From: Lachnospiraceae bacterium
GTDB lineage: Bacteria; Bacillota; Clostridia; Lachnospirales; Lachnospiraceae
DNA length: 44,573 nucleotides
Assembly (NCBI GenBank): GCA_022766515.1
Contig: JALEPA010000278.1
Location: 1 to 44,573 of the forward strand
Direction: 5' to 3'
Part shown: piece by piece, positions 20,044-29,755 of the stretch
How positions within the stretch are numbered: the stretch's first letter is position 1
Layout: every line of letters starts with the position of its first letter
Translations under genes and position numbers: made by a program
The notes under the pieces: generated by a model
The model's database searches: none
What the model was told of the DNA's origin: nothing
The model's input: the letters and a program-made list of their open reading frames with translations, nothing else

Positions 20044-20084
20044 AGGAAATGAGCCTGTCTCGCAATAGAGAATGAAATACAATG

Positions 20085-20129
20085 AAAACTTCCTTGTTTG
20101 GATAAAAATTTCCAAATAAGGGAGTTTTT
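20085..20129 (+). terminator. Rho-independent terminator
   Basis: AAAACTTCCTTGTTTGGA-N8-TCCAAATAAGGGAGTTTTT. Confidence 0.75.
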
Positions 20130-20313
20130 GTTAGTTTACGGAATGGAAAATTGCGCTATAAGGCTGTAATGACCGTATATAGGAAGATTGCCCCTGTAAT
20201 GATGCAGTGCTGTGTGGGCGATCTTTGGTCTTGCAAAATATTATGCAGGCATTTAATATAGGTTACGAAACAACTGTTGCGATCATATCGTAGGAATTAG
20301 AAAAGAGGTAAAT

Positions 20314-21012
20314 ATGAACATAAGAAAAAGAGTAATAGCGATGACAATTTGCATGGCGTTGTTGTTTGGCGTGATCGGAAGCAGTGATGCAACGGTATCT
20401 GCAGCTTCCAAGGTGAAACTGAACAAGACAAGTGTAACGCTAGTTGCAGGCACAGCAACAAAGCTAAAAGTAACAGGAACGAAGAAGAAGGTTAAATGGA
20501 GCACTTCCAAAGCTTCCGTAGCAAAGGTATCGTCTAATGGAAAAGTTACAGCTGTCAAGGCGGGAAAGGCAACGATCACTGCTAAGGTGAAAGGCAAGAA
20601 GTACCGCTGTAAAGTGACGGTGACGAGTAAAAAATCCGCTGCACAGTCAGTGTTAAGTATCGTCAACAAAGAGCGTAAGAAACAAGGTCGTAAAGCGTTG
20701 AAGCTGGATGCGAAATTGACAAAAGCGGCACAGAAGAGAGCAAAAGAATTGACGAAAGTGTTTGCACATGAGCGTCCGGATGGTTCTTCCTGCTTTACCG
20801 TGCTCAAAGACTATCATATTTCTTATATGGCATGCGGTGAAAACATTGCAGCGGGACAGCCTACGGCAAAGGAAGTTATGAATGGCTGGATGAATTCCGA
20901 TGGACACCGTGAGAACATTTTGAGTACCAATTATGGTAAGATCGGCGTTGGATTGTATAAGGTTTCAAATGATCCATATACTTATTATTGGGTACAATTA
21001 TTTACGGATTAA
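20314..21012 (+). CDS. Secreted Ig-like (Big_2) plus CAP/SCP domain protein
   Basis: Signal peptide; KLNKTS...WSTSKASVAKVSSNGKVTA; FAHERPDG, GENIAAG, WMNSDGHRENIL. Confidence 0.9.
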   Translation: MNIRKRVIAMTICMALLFGVIGSSDATVSAASKVKLNKTSVTLVAGTATKLKVTGTKKKVKWSTSKASVAKVSSNGKVTAVKAGKATITAKVKGKKYRCKVTVTSKKSAAQSVLSIVNKERKKQGRKALKLDAKLTKAAQKRAKELTKVFAHERPDGSSCFTVLKDYHISYMACGENIAAGQPTAKEVMNGWMNSDGHRENILSTNYGKIGVGLYKVSNDPYTYYWVQLFTD

Positions 21013-21087
21013 GTAATTGCAGCTTAGTGAAGTGACACCACTAAGAATTGCTTTAGCAATTCTAATAAATTTAGGAGGCAGGTTGTT

Positions 21088-22407
21088 TTGCACAAGTTAT
21101 CATTTCAATGGAGTCGTAAAATGAAGTTCGCGGTCAGCACCGGTAGTGCGATCGCGGTGATTTTGATCTGCGCACTCCTAGTATCGACACTGATGCCGCC
21201 ACAGCAGGACGGAGCCAAGGTGGCGCAGGGCAAGTCAAACAAAAAGACAGTTGTAAAGACAAATTTTCAACAGGCATCCGGAGAATTTCGCGGTGTCTGG
21301 ATCTCCTTTATGGACATAGGGAGTGAAAAATATACAAAGGCGCAGTATTGCGCATACATAGACAATATGTTTAATGACTGCAAGGCAAAGGGATTCAATG
21401 CGGTCATTATGCATATGCGTCCTTTTGCGGATGCACTTTATCCATCTGCGTATTTCCCCTGGTCAAAATATATATCCGGCAAAGCGGGAAAAAATCCGGG
21501 ATTTGATCCGCTGCAATATGCCGTGCAGGCGGCGCACAAGCGTGGGTTATCTTTTCATGCATGGGTCAATCCTTATCGAATTACCAATGATGATACGAAT
21601 GTGAGACATTTGCCAAAGTCATCGATCGCGCGCAAATGGGCGACTTCCAAAAATAAAAAGAAACGCCGTAATGTTTTGGCATGGGAGGGAAAATTATATT
21701 TCAATCCGGCATCCAAAGATGTGCAAAATCTTGTGTCCAACGGTGTGAAAGAGATTGTACGGAATTATGCAGTAGATGGAATACATTTTGACGATTATTT
21801 TTATCCAAATCTGGGTACAAAATATAAAAAAGTATTTGATGCAAAGGAATATAAGGCGTATGTAAAGCGTTGCAAAAAGAGTCATAAAAAGGCAATGTCG
21901 ATCGTACAGTGGCGCAGAAACAATGTTTCGGTCATGGTGAAACGAATCTACACGGCAGTACATAGACTGGATGCGCGCTGCGTATTCGGGATCAGTCCGG
22001 CGGGCAATTTAAGCAACCTGTATGCGAAAAATAATTATTATTCCGATGTGAAAAAATGGATGGCAACGACCGGATATATCGATTACATTTGTCCGCAGAT
22101 CTATTGGACGAACAGCCAACAAACCTGTCCGTTTAATGGGACATCTGCAAAATGGCTTTCTTTGCCAAGAGCAGCTTCGGTAAAAGTATATGTCGGTCTG
22201 GCTGGTTACCGTGCAGGCATGAGCAAAAAAGAGGCAAAGGCAGTGACGGATGCAGCTTGGGGAACAAGCCGTAAAAATCTGCAGAAACAGTTGCAATATT
22301 TGCGTACGCAGCAAAGTTGTGGAGGCTTTATTCTCTTCTCATACAGTGATCTGCAGCGCAAATCTGCTCAAAAGGAAATGAAGAACTTCTTGTCTCTTCT
22401 TAAATGA
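21088..22407 (+). CDS. GHL10 (DUF187) glycosyl hydrolase-like protein, membrane-anchored or secreted
   Basis: EFRGVWI, RPFADALYPS, FDPL, FHAWVNPYR, VDGIHFDDYFY, DYICPQIYW; TTG start after AGGAGG. Confidence 0.85.
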   Translation: MHKLSFQWSRKMKFAVSTGSAIAVILICALLVSTLMPPQQDGAKVAQGKSNKKTVVKTNFQQASGEFRGVWISFMDIGSEKYTKAQYCAYIDNMFNDCKAKGFNAVIMHMRPFADALYPSAYFPWSKYISGKAGKNPGFDPLQYAVQAAHKRGLSFHAWVNPYRITNDDTNVRHLPKSSIARKWATSKNKKKRRNVLAWEGKLYFNPASKDVQNLVSNGVKEIVRNYAVDGIHFDDYFYPNLGTKYKKVFDAKEYKAYVKRCKKSHKKAMSIVQWRRNNVSVMVKRIYTAVHRLDARCVFGISPAGNLSNLYAKNNYYSDVKKWMATTGYIDYICPQIYWTNSQQTCPFNGTSAKWLSLPRAASVKVYVGLAGYRAGMSKKEAKAVTDAAWGTSRKNLQKQLQYLRTQQSCGGFILFSYSDLQRKSAQKEMKNFLSLLK

Positions 22408-22427
22408 CAAAGAAAAGAGGGTACAAC

Positions 22428-22988
22428 ATGGAATGGAAAGGTATTGAAAAGAAAGAAGAAGGTAAATTTATTACCAGATATGATATTACTTACGAGACAG
22501 TCGATCATAAGGAAAAGGTTTATGAAATGATCAGCCGTAACAAAGCGATCGAATCACAGGAACAGTTACGCGGGGAAAAGCCGGATGCTGTCGTGATCAT
22601 GGCGACTGATGAATCCGGGGAACGGATCGTGTTGAGCAAGGAGTTTCGCATGGCAGCAGGATCGTGGGTGTACAATTTCCCGGCTGGTCTGATCGATCCG
22701 GGCGAGACGCCGGAGCAGAGCGCGAAGCGGGAACTTCGTGAGGAGACAGGGCTGGAATTGTATGAGATCAATGATGAACTTGGACTGAGTTACAGTGCGG
22801 TCGGATTTAGCAATGAAATGAATGTCTGTGTCATCGGAAAGGCACGAGGCACTTTTCATGAAAGTACATCGACCGTAGAGGAGATCGAGGCCGGCTGGTA
22901 TACCAAGGCGGAGATCCGCAAATTGCTGCAGACAGAACGATTTGCCGCGCGTACTCAGGCATATTGCTATCTTTGGAGTAGAGAATAG
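22428..22988 (+). CDS. NUDIX hydrolase (ADP-ribose pyrophosphatase-like)
   Basis: Nudix box GLIDPGETPEQSAKRELREETGL. Confidence 0.9.
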   Translation: MEWKGIEKKEEGKFITRYDITYETVDHKEKVYEMISRNKAIESQEQLRGEKPDAVVIMATDESGERIVLSKEFRMAAGSWVYNFPAGLIDPGETPEQSAKRELREETGLELYEINDELGLSYSAVGFSNEMNVCVIGKARGTFHESTSTVEEIEAGWYTKAEIRKLLQTERFAARTQAYCYLWSRE

Positions 22989-23055
22989 ATTCCATAGATA
23001 GGGCAATACTAATCTGGAAGCCTATAAAAAGCATGACAGATTGGAGAGCTTGAGT

Positions 23056-24351
23056 ATGAAACAATTACAGATCGAAAAAGTTACCGGAAGAGAAATCTTG
23101 GATTCGAGAGGCAATCCGACCGTAGAGGCGCAGGTGTTACTGCAAGATGGAACGATCGGGCTGGGAGCGGCACCGAGTGGGGCGTCGACGGGTGTTTATG
23201 AAGCATTGGAGCTTCGCGATGAAGATATGACACGGTATCACGGAAAAGGCGTGATTGAAGCAGTACAGAATATCAATAATACATTAAATGATGTTTTGCG
23301 TGGGATGAACGCAGCAGAAACTTACCAGATCGACCGGGTGATGAAGCAGGTAGATGGCACAGAGGACAAATCTCGTCTGGGAGCGAACAGTATCCTGGCA
23401 GTGTCGATCGCAGCGGCAAGAGCAGCGGCACAGTCGATGGACATTCCACTCTATCGTTTTTTGGGTGGTGTTTCCGGAAATAAACTTCCGGTTCCGATGA
23501 TGAATATTCTTAATGGTGGTGCGCATGCTGCCAATACTGTTGATGTGCAGGAATTTATGATCATGCCGGTTGGCGCAGAAACTTTTGCGGAAGGACTGCG
23601 GCAGTGTACGGAAGTGTTTCATTCTCTTGCCAAGAGACTGCGCTCCAACGGACACAATACTTCGGTGGGAGATGAGGGCGGATTTGCACCGGATCTGTCG
23701 ACTGACGAGGAGGCGATCCAGTATATTATTCAGGCAGTTGAGGATGCCGGATATGAGCCGGGAAAAGACTTTATGCTGGCGATGGATGCAGCCGCCTCTG
23801 AGTGGAAAACAGGACAGACCGGAGAATATAAATTGCCAAAAGCAGGCAGTGTTTTTTGTTCTGATGAATTAATTGCACATTGGTCCGGACTCATCAGCAA
23901 ATATCCGATCATATCGATCGAAGATGCATTAGACGAAGAAGACTGGGACGGTTGGAGAAGATTGACAGATCGGCTGGGGGATAGAGTGCAGTTGGTCGGA
24001 GATGATCTGTTTGTAACCAATACCAAACGATTGGCGAGAGGGATCGAAGGTGGATGTGGCAATTCGATCTTGATCAAACTAAATCAGATAGGAACCCTGT
24101 CCGAGACGATGGATGCGATCAAATTGGCAAAACAACATGGTTATACTGCGATCGTTTCTCACCGATCCGGAGAGACGGAGGATACAACCATTGCAGATCT
24201 GGCGGTAGCGTTAAATGCCGGACAGATCAAAACCGGTGCGCCTTCCCGCAGTGAGCGTGTTGCCAAATATAACCGTCTGCTTCGGATTGAGGAACAGCTT
24301 GGGTTTGCTGCGTCCTATCCGGGAATGCATGCTTTTGGAGTGAAGAGATAA
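23056..24351 (+). CDS. eno: Enolase (phosphopyruvate hydratase)
   Basis: [53 protein letters not shown]. Confidence 0.97.
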   Translation: MKQLQIEKVTGREILDSRGNPTVEAQVLLQDGTIGLGAAPSGASTGVYEALELRDEDMTRYHGKGVIEAVQNINNTLNDVLRGMNAAETYQIDRVMKQVDGTEDKSRLGANSILAVSIAAARAAAQSMDIPLYRFLGGVSGNKLPVPMMNILNGGAHAANTVDVQEFMIMPVGAETFAEGLRQCTEVFHSLAKRLRSNGHNTSVGDEGGFAPDLSTDEEAIQYIIQAVEDAGYEPGKDFMLAMDAAASEWKTGQTGEYKLPKAGSVFCSDELIAHWSGLISKYPIISIEDALDEEDWDGWRRLTDRLGDRVQLVGDDLFVTNTKRLARGIEGGCGNSILIKLNQIGTLSETMDAIKLAKQHGYTAIVSHRSGETEDTTIADLAVALNAGQIKTGAPSRSERVAKYNRLLRIEEQLGFAASYPGMHAFGVKR

Positions 24352-24414
24352 AACGCAATACATTGCACTTTATCTGCTAAAATACAACTTAATACGAAAT
24401 GTATTGCGTTTTAT
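24348..24414. repeat. Perfect 17-bp inverted repeat with 33-bp spacer
   Basis: ATAAAACGCAATACATT ... AATGTATTGCGTTTTAT; left arm overlaps the eno stop, right arm contains TTGCGT 16 bp upstream of TATAAT. Confidence 0.8.
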
Positions 24415-24444
24415 TTTGTTTGAGATATAATATAATGTAAAGCA

Positions 24445-24468
24445 AGAGCAAAGCACTGGCTTTGCTCT
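24445..24468. repeat. Dispersed palindrome, copy 4
   Basis: AGAGCAAAGC-ACTG-GCTTTGCTCT, perfect 10-bp stem followed by a T run. Confidence 0.8.
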
Positions 24469-24533
24469 CTTTTTTGAATAGGAAACTGCTTGTAATGTGT
24501 TGCACAAAATTGTGTGTGGAAATGAGGTTTTGT

Positions 24534-24845
24534 ATGGTAAATAATTTGAATGAACGCATGCGTAATTACAGAATTGAGTATCCGCTTACGCAAGAAGAAT
24601 TGGCTGAAAGATCGGGTGTCAGCTTGCGGAGTATACAGTTATTTGAAAAGGGAGCGGATATTAAGTGGAGTAACTTGGTGAAACTATTAAACGCACTTGA
24701 TCTGGCGGAGAACATACAAATGCTTGTTCCGGATATAACAGAGCGTCCTTCTTATCAAATGAAACAGGAAAGAAGAATGCGCGCACCGAAAAAAACAAAT
24801 AGAGAAACACATAAAACATCATTTGTTTGGGGGGATGAGAGATGA
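24534..24845 (+). CDS. XRE-family HTH protein, HipB-like antitoxin
   Basis: LTQEELAERSGVSLRSIQLFEKG; C-terminal WGD; ATGA overlap with hipA. Confidence 0.85.
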   Translation: MVNNLNERMRNYRIEYPLTQEELAERSGVSLRSIQLFEKGADIKWSNLVKLLNALDLAENIQMLVPDITERPSYQMKQERRMRAPKKTNRETHKTSFVWGDER

Positions 24846-26134
24846 TAGAAAATGTCGAAGTGAAAATGTGGGGAACCACGATAGGGTATTTACATTTAGA
24901 CGGGAAAAAACCATATGCGGCGTTTGAATATGATCGTGACTTTTTGCAAAGTGGAATAGAGCTTGCCCCTATTTATATGCCATTGTCAAATCGTGTATTT
25001 GAGTTTCCTAATTTGACGGGAGATGCGTTTCATGGGGTACCGGGGATGATTGCGGATTCGCTGCCGGACAAATTTGGAAATGCAGTTATTAATAAATGGC
25101 TGTCCTCAAGAGGAATGACCGAACAGGATTTTAATGTATTGGACCGTTTGTGTTATACGGGAAGTCGTGGAATGGGAGCGTTGGAGTATTATCCTGCAAA
25201 TGGTCCGGACATTCCGGAGGACGAGAGCGTAAATGTTAAAGAAATGGTTCGATTTGCATCTGATATTCTGCAATCTCGCACAGATGTGGAATTGAAGTGG
25301 GAGGACAATCTGACAAAAGCGCAGTTACTTCAATTAGGAACTTCCGCAGGCGGGGCAAGGGCAAAAGCGATTATTGCGTGGAATCCAGAAACAGGAGATG
25401 TGCGTTCCGGGCAGGCAAATTTGAAAGAAGGCTATGATTTTTGGATCATAAAATTTGATGGAGTGTCTCGAAATGGAGATCATGGCTTGGAGGATCAGCC
25501 ACAATATACAAAGATTGAATATGCGTATTACAAGATGGCTTGTCTTGCCGGAATTAATATGAACGAGTGTCGTCTATTGGAAGAAAATGGGAACTATCAT
25601 TTTATGACAAAACGATTTGATCGGGTCGAAGGAAAAAAACTACATATGCAAACACTTGGGGCTGTTGGACACATTGATTATAATATTCCCGGTCTGTGCA
25701 GCTATGAACAGGCAGTTGTGTATATGAAAAAAATGGGACTTTTGAAATCGGAAATAGAACAATTTTATCGTCGTATGGTATTTAATGTATTGGCGGTGAA
25801 TCAAGATGATCATGTGAAAAATGTTTCATTTCTGATGGATAAAAGTGGCACATGGAAGTTGTCTCCGGCATATGACATTACCTTTTCTTATGATAAAACT
25901 AACCGTTGGCTTTCGGCACATCAGATGTTGATCAATGAAAAAAATGAGCATATATTGCGAGAAGATTTACTCGCAGCGGGAAAACACATGGGGATTTCAG
26001 CGGTTGCAAGTAAAAACATCATAGCACAGGTACAGGAAGCGATCGCAGAATGGATGTCGCTGGCGGATCAAGTTGGAATTCGTGAAAACACAGCAACAGC
26101 CATTCAGCAAATGCTTCGGGAATCAGAAGTGTGA
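24842..26134 (+). CDS. hipA: HipA family Ser/Thr kinase toxin
   Basis: DSLPDKFG, GTSAGGARAK, KRFDR, NQDDHVKN, LSPAYD. Confidence 0.93.
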   Translation: MIENVEVKMWGTTIGYLHLDGKKPYAAFEYDRDFLQSGIELAPIYMPLSNRVFEFPNLTGDAFHGVPGMIADSLPDKFGNAVINKWLSSRGMTEQDFNVLDRLCYTGSRGMGALEYYPANGPDIPEDESVNVKEMVRFASDILQSRTDVELKWEDNLTKAQLLQLGTSAGGARAKAIIAWNPETGDVRSGQANLKEGYDFWIIKFDGVSRNGDHGLEDQPQYTKIEYAYYKMACLAGINMNECRLLEENGNYHFMTKRFDRVEGKKLHMQTLGAVGHIDYNIPGLCSYEQAVVYMKKMGLLKSEIEQFYRRMVFNVLAVNQDDHVKNVSFLMDKSGTWKLSPAYDITFSYDKTNRWLSAHQMLINEKNEHILREDLLAAGKHMGISAVASKNIIAQVQEAIAEWMSLADQVGIRENTATAIQQMLRESEV

Positions 26135-26151
26135 GACATTAAATCGAACTT

Positions 26152-26904
26152 TTACTCATTTAAGATCTCGCTCATATCCTGGATCATTTCTTCGTCCTTC
26201 AGACGGAACAAAAATTCCACACGGCGGGAGGCGTTTTGGTCCTCCTTGCCGTTTTCGTCCATCACCGGATTACTGTAGGATTTTCCGTTCGCCGTGACGA
26301 TCTTTCTAAGCTTATTGATCTTACTTTCTGACAGTACGCCCTTGTTGGTGTCCAGGCAAAAAGTAGCAACGGACAAGGCTCTTTTTTGGGACAGCTCCAA
26401 ATTAAACAGGTAATCACCCTGTGTATCTGTATGTCCCTCGATAATGATTTCTGAAACATAATCGTTAAACTGTTTGTCCGTCAAAACTCCGATATATTTT
26501 GGTAAAAACTTTTGCAGTAATTCTTCACCGGAAGATTTGAGTGCAAATTGTCCGGAATCAAATAAAATGCTCGAATCCAAAGCGATCGATCCTGTCTTGG
26601 AATCAACATTCACGCTTAAGTCCGTGCCGTCAAACTCTTCTTTCAATGCCTGGATCAATTCGGTACGAATACCGATCAATTTATCTAACTGTTCCTGCTG
26701 TTCATCTAACTGCTCCTGCTGCTTGGCAACAAGTTCCTGTTGAGAGATCAATTCCTGTTCCTTTTGCTCGTATCGCTTTTGAGATTGCAGAATGGTAAAG
26801 GAAATGATCAAAATAAATATCAAAAGCAGGGCTGCCATCATATCGGAATAAGACAGCCAATAACTGGTCTCCTCTTCCGGACGCTTTTCCTTAGGTCTTC
26901 TCAT
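26152..26904 (-). CDS. MotB/OmpA family protein, ZorB-like
   Basis: YWLSYSDMM TM carrying the conserved Asp; coiled stalk; OmpA-like motifs ILFDSG, IEGHTD, NLELSQKRA, SRRVEF; GGAG RBS favours a start at 26904. Confidence 0.85.
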   Translation of the reverse strand: MRRPKEKRPEEETSYWLSYSDMMAALLLIFILIISFTILQSQKRYEQKEQELISQQELVAKQQEQLDEQQEQLDKLIGIRTELIQALKEEFDGTDLSVNVDSKTGSIALDSSILFDSGQFALKSSGEELLQKFLPKYIGVLTDKQFNDYVSEIIIEGHTDTQGDYLFNLELSQKRALSVATFCLDTNKGVLSESKINKLRKIVTANGKSYSNPVMDENGKEDQNASRRVEFLFRLKDEEMIQDMSEILNE

Positions 26905-26963
26905 AGTAATCTCCATTCTTGTGACTATTTATTAATATTTAACAAATAACAAATTGCCATATG

Positions 26964-27800
26964 TTACTTTTTCAATTCCTGTGCGATCTTGACAGCAAGG
27001 TCATCGCCAAATTGATCAAGAAGCTGTTCAAGCTGCATCATCTGCAACGCCTGGGCATCGTAAAAAGAAGAAGAGGCTGTAGGGTTCGCTCTAGGTGCGA
27101 CATATTTATGATAGCTTTGGAGAAAACTTTCCATGCCGGCGTAGGCGTCCTCAACATTTTTCTTATACACAAAGTTGAACACCAGCGAAAACACCATACC
27201 GTAAATGGAAGTGTGGAACGCAATCTTGATACCGTCCATCAAAGGCGCAATACTGTTTGTAATAGCAGATGCACTTTCGGTGTTAAAATTCTGCAATCCA
27301 AAAGAAAGACCGACAAAAGTACCAAGAATACCTAATCCCGTCATAACACCCGGAATGATACTCACCAATCCTCGTTTCATCAGAGCGTCAATAAATTCTT
27401 CATTAAAATAATCATCAATGTCACACATATCGCTTTGACCGGAAATATCACAACGGGATTTCTCTGTACAATATTCAAAAAAACGCTTATCAGCAACCTT
27501 GTTCTTGAATAAATTGCGGTCAAGTTTGTAATCGTCCCAAAGGTAATTGCCTTTTTTGTCAAAAGCTGTTCTAAAATTGCTGGATGCCATCTGCAGACTT
27601 CTCATCATGCGGTTCACCGGCATAAAACAATGGGTATTCGCCCAAAGGATAATACATCCCACGATCAGGAACATAGCGATGTTGATCGTAATGTTGGTAG
27701 GATCGATCGAACCGCCTGTAAAAAAGTTCAAATACACCGCAACTGCAAGCATAATAAAGTAAACGGGCAACAAAATGCCTTCACTGCCAAAAGATTTCAT
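26964..27800 (-). CDS. MotA/TolQ/ExbB proton channel protein, ZorA-like, without tail
   Basis: PGVMTGLGILGTFVGL and GIKIAFHTSIYG TM motifs; AAGGAGG RBS before ATG 27800; 278 aa. Confidence 0.82.
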   Translation of the reverse strand: MKSFGSEGILLPVYFIMLAVAVYLNFFTGGSIDPTNITINIAMFLIVGCIILWANTHCFMPVNRMMRSLQMASSNFRTAFDKKGNYLWDDYKLDRNLFKNKVADKRFFEYCTEKSRCDISGQSDMCDIDDYFNEEFIDALMKRGLVSIIPGVMTGLGILGTFVGLSFGLQNFNTESASAITNSIAPLMDGIKIAFHTSIYGMVFSLVFNFVYKKNVEDAYAGMESFLQSYHKYVAPRANPTASSSFYDAQALQMMQLEQLLDQFGDDLAVKIAQELKK

Positions 27801-27837
27801 AGGTACCTCCTTAGTTCTGTCACAATACACAAACACT

Positions 27838-27866
27838 ACTATACAAAGTTTGCAGAGGAAAGTCAA
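27838..27866 (-). promoter_or_regulatory. sigma-A promoter of the ZorAB-like pair
   Basis: TTGACT-N17-TATAGT on the minus strand. Confidence 0.65.
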
Positions 27867-28018
27867 AAAATTCCAGGCAATCTCTGCGTCAAGCCCCCCA
27901 AAAAAACATCTGCGCCAAAAACCATCTACATGCAAATTCCTTGTTTACTCTATGATGGGTTTTTGATAAAATATAATCAGTATGCACGGTTGTGCGAATT
28001 TAAAGGAGGAACTGCTAA

Positions 28019-29746
28019 ATGAAACAGTTGATGATAGGAAATGCCGCAGTTGCTCGAGGCTTGTACGAAGCAGGCTGTGGGGTAGTGTCCAGCTATCCGG
28101 GTACGCCAAGTACAGAGATCACAGAAGAAGCGGCAAAGTACGATGAGATTTATTGCGAGTGGGCACCAAATGAAAAGGTGGCACTTGAGGTGGCATTTGG
28201 TGCTGCCGTAGCAGGCAAACGCAGTTTTTGCGGTATGAAACATGTGGGACTTAATGTAGCGGCTGATCCGTTGTTTACCATTTCGTATACAGGAATCAAC
28301 GCCGGAATGATCATTGGTGTGGCAGACGATGCCGGAATGCACTCTTCGCAGAATGAGCAGGATTCCAGACATTATGCGATCGCAGCCAAAGTACCAATGC
28401 TTGAGCCGTCTGATTCCGCAGAGGCATTGGAGTTTACTAAGGTTGCTTATGAATTGTCTGAGAAATATGATACTCCGGTATTCATGAAAATGTGTACAAG
28501 AGTTGCACATTCTCAGAGTTTGGTGGAGACTTCCGAGAGAACAGAACTTCCACTCAAAGAATATAACAAAGATATTGCTAAATATGTTATGATGCCGGGC
28601 AATGCTAAGAGAAGACATCCAGTCGTTGAGCAGAGAACAAGAGATCTTATTGCTTACGCAGAGACAACACCACTTAACCGTGTGGAAATGGGAGATACCA
28701 AGATCGGAATCATTACCTCTTCTACTTCTTATCAGTATGTCAAAGAAGTGTTTGGCGATAATGCCAGCGTGTTGAAGCTTGGAATGATCAATCCATTACC
28801 GGAAAAGCTGATCTTAGATTTTGCTGAGAAGGTTGACAAGCTCGTGATCATCGAGGAGTTGGATGATATTATCGAGAGTCACTGCAAGAAGCTTGGCTTA
28901 GAGGTAACAGGAAAAGATGTATTCCCGCTCGAAGATGAATTTTCCCAGAATCTCGTTGCAGAGAAGCTTGGTGTGCCGGTTAAGACAGGATTGGCACTGG
29001 ATGAAAACATTCCTGTGCGCCCACCGGTTATGTGTGCAGGATGCCCTCATAGAGGAATGTTCTATACTTTGTCAAAGAACAAATGCACAGTAATGGGAGA
29101 TATTGGATGTTATACATTGGGAGCAGTTGCACCATTGTCAGCTATCGATGTTACCGCTTGTATGGGAGCATCCATCAGTTCCATTCATGGATTTAACAAG
29201 GCAAGAGGAGCAGAGTCAGAAGGCAAGACAGTAGCCGTGATCGGAGATTCGACATTCATGCACTCCGGTATGACAGGACTTGCCAATATCGCATACAACC
29301 AGAGTAATTCTACAGTTGTAATCCTGGATAACTCCATCACCGGAATGACAGGACATCAGCAGAATCCAACGACAGGATACAACATCAAGGGTGATCCTGC
29401 AGGAAAGATCAATCTGGAAGCATTGTGTAAGGCAATGGGCTTTGAGCGCGTGCGCATTGTTGATCCATACGATCTGGAAGCATGCGATAAGGCAGTGAAG
29501 GAAGAGTTAGCAGCAGAGGCTCCATCTGTAATCATCAGCAGAAGACCTTGTGCATTGCTCAAATATGTAGAAGTAAAACCTGCATTGAAGGTAGAAAGTG
29601 ATAAATGTAAGAGCTGTAAGATGTGCATGAAGCTTGGATGTCCGGCTATCAGCATCAAGGAAAATAAAGCGCGTATCGATGCGACTCTTTGCGTGGGATG
29701 TGGTGTCTGCAAACAGCTTTGTAAGTTTGATGCGATCACTGAATAG
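28019..29746 (+). CDS. iorA: Indolepyruvate:ferredoxin oxidoreductase alpha subunit
   Basis: YPGTPSTEI, NEKVA, MKHVGLNVA, RPPVMCAGCPH, GDIGCY, TPP motif GDSTF, C-terminal ferredoxin cysteines. Confidence 0.95.
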   Translation: MKQLMIGNAAVARGLYEAGCGVVSSYPGTPSTEITEEAAKYDEIYCEWAPNEKVALEVAFGAAVAGKRSFCGMKHVGLNVAADPLFTISYTGINAGMIIGVADDAGMHSSQNEQDSRHYAIAAKVPMLEPSDSAEALEFTKVAYELSEKYDTPVFMKMCTRVAHSQSLVETSERTELPLKEYNKDIAKYVMMPGNAKRRHPVVEQRTRDLIAYAETTPLNRVEMGDTKIGIITSSTSYQYVKEVFGDNASVLKLGMINPLPEKLILDFAEKVDKLVIIEELDDIIESHCKKLGLEVTGKDVFPLEDEFSQNLVAEKLGVPVKTGLALDENIPVRPPVMCAGCPHRGMFYTLSKNKCTVMGDIGCYTLGAVAPLSAIDVTACMGASISSIHGFNKARGAESEGKTVAVIGDSTFMHSGMTGLANIAYNQSNSTVVILDNSITGMTGHQQNPTTGYNIKGDPAGKINLEALCKAMGFERVRIVDPYDLEACDKAVKEELAAEAPSVIISRRPCALLKYVEVKPALKVESDKCKSCKMCMKLGCPAISIKENKARIDATLCVGCGVCKQLCKFDAITE

Positions 29747-29755
29747 GAGGAAAAG

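Noticed and set aside
26152-27800. Flagellar stator motAB
   Set aside because: No flagellar operon context, the B subunit TM reads WLSYSDMM (Zorya-like), and the A subunit motifs fit ZorA/ExbB-type proteins better. A phylogeny is needed to exclude it fully.
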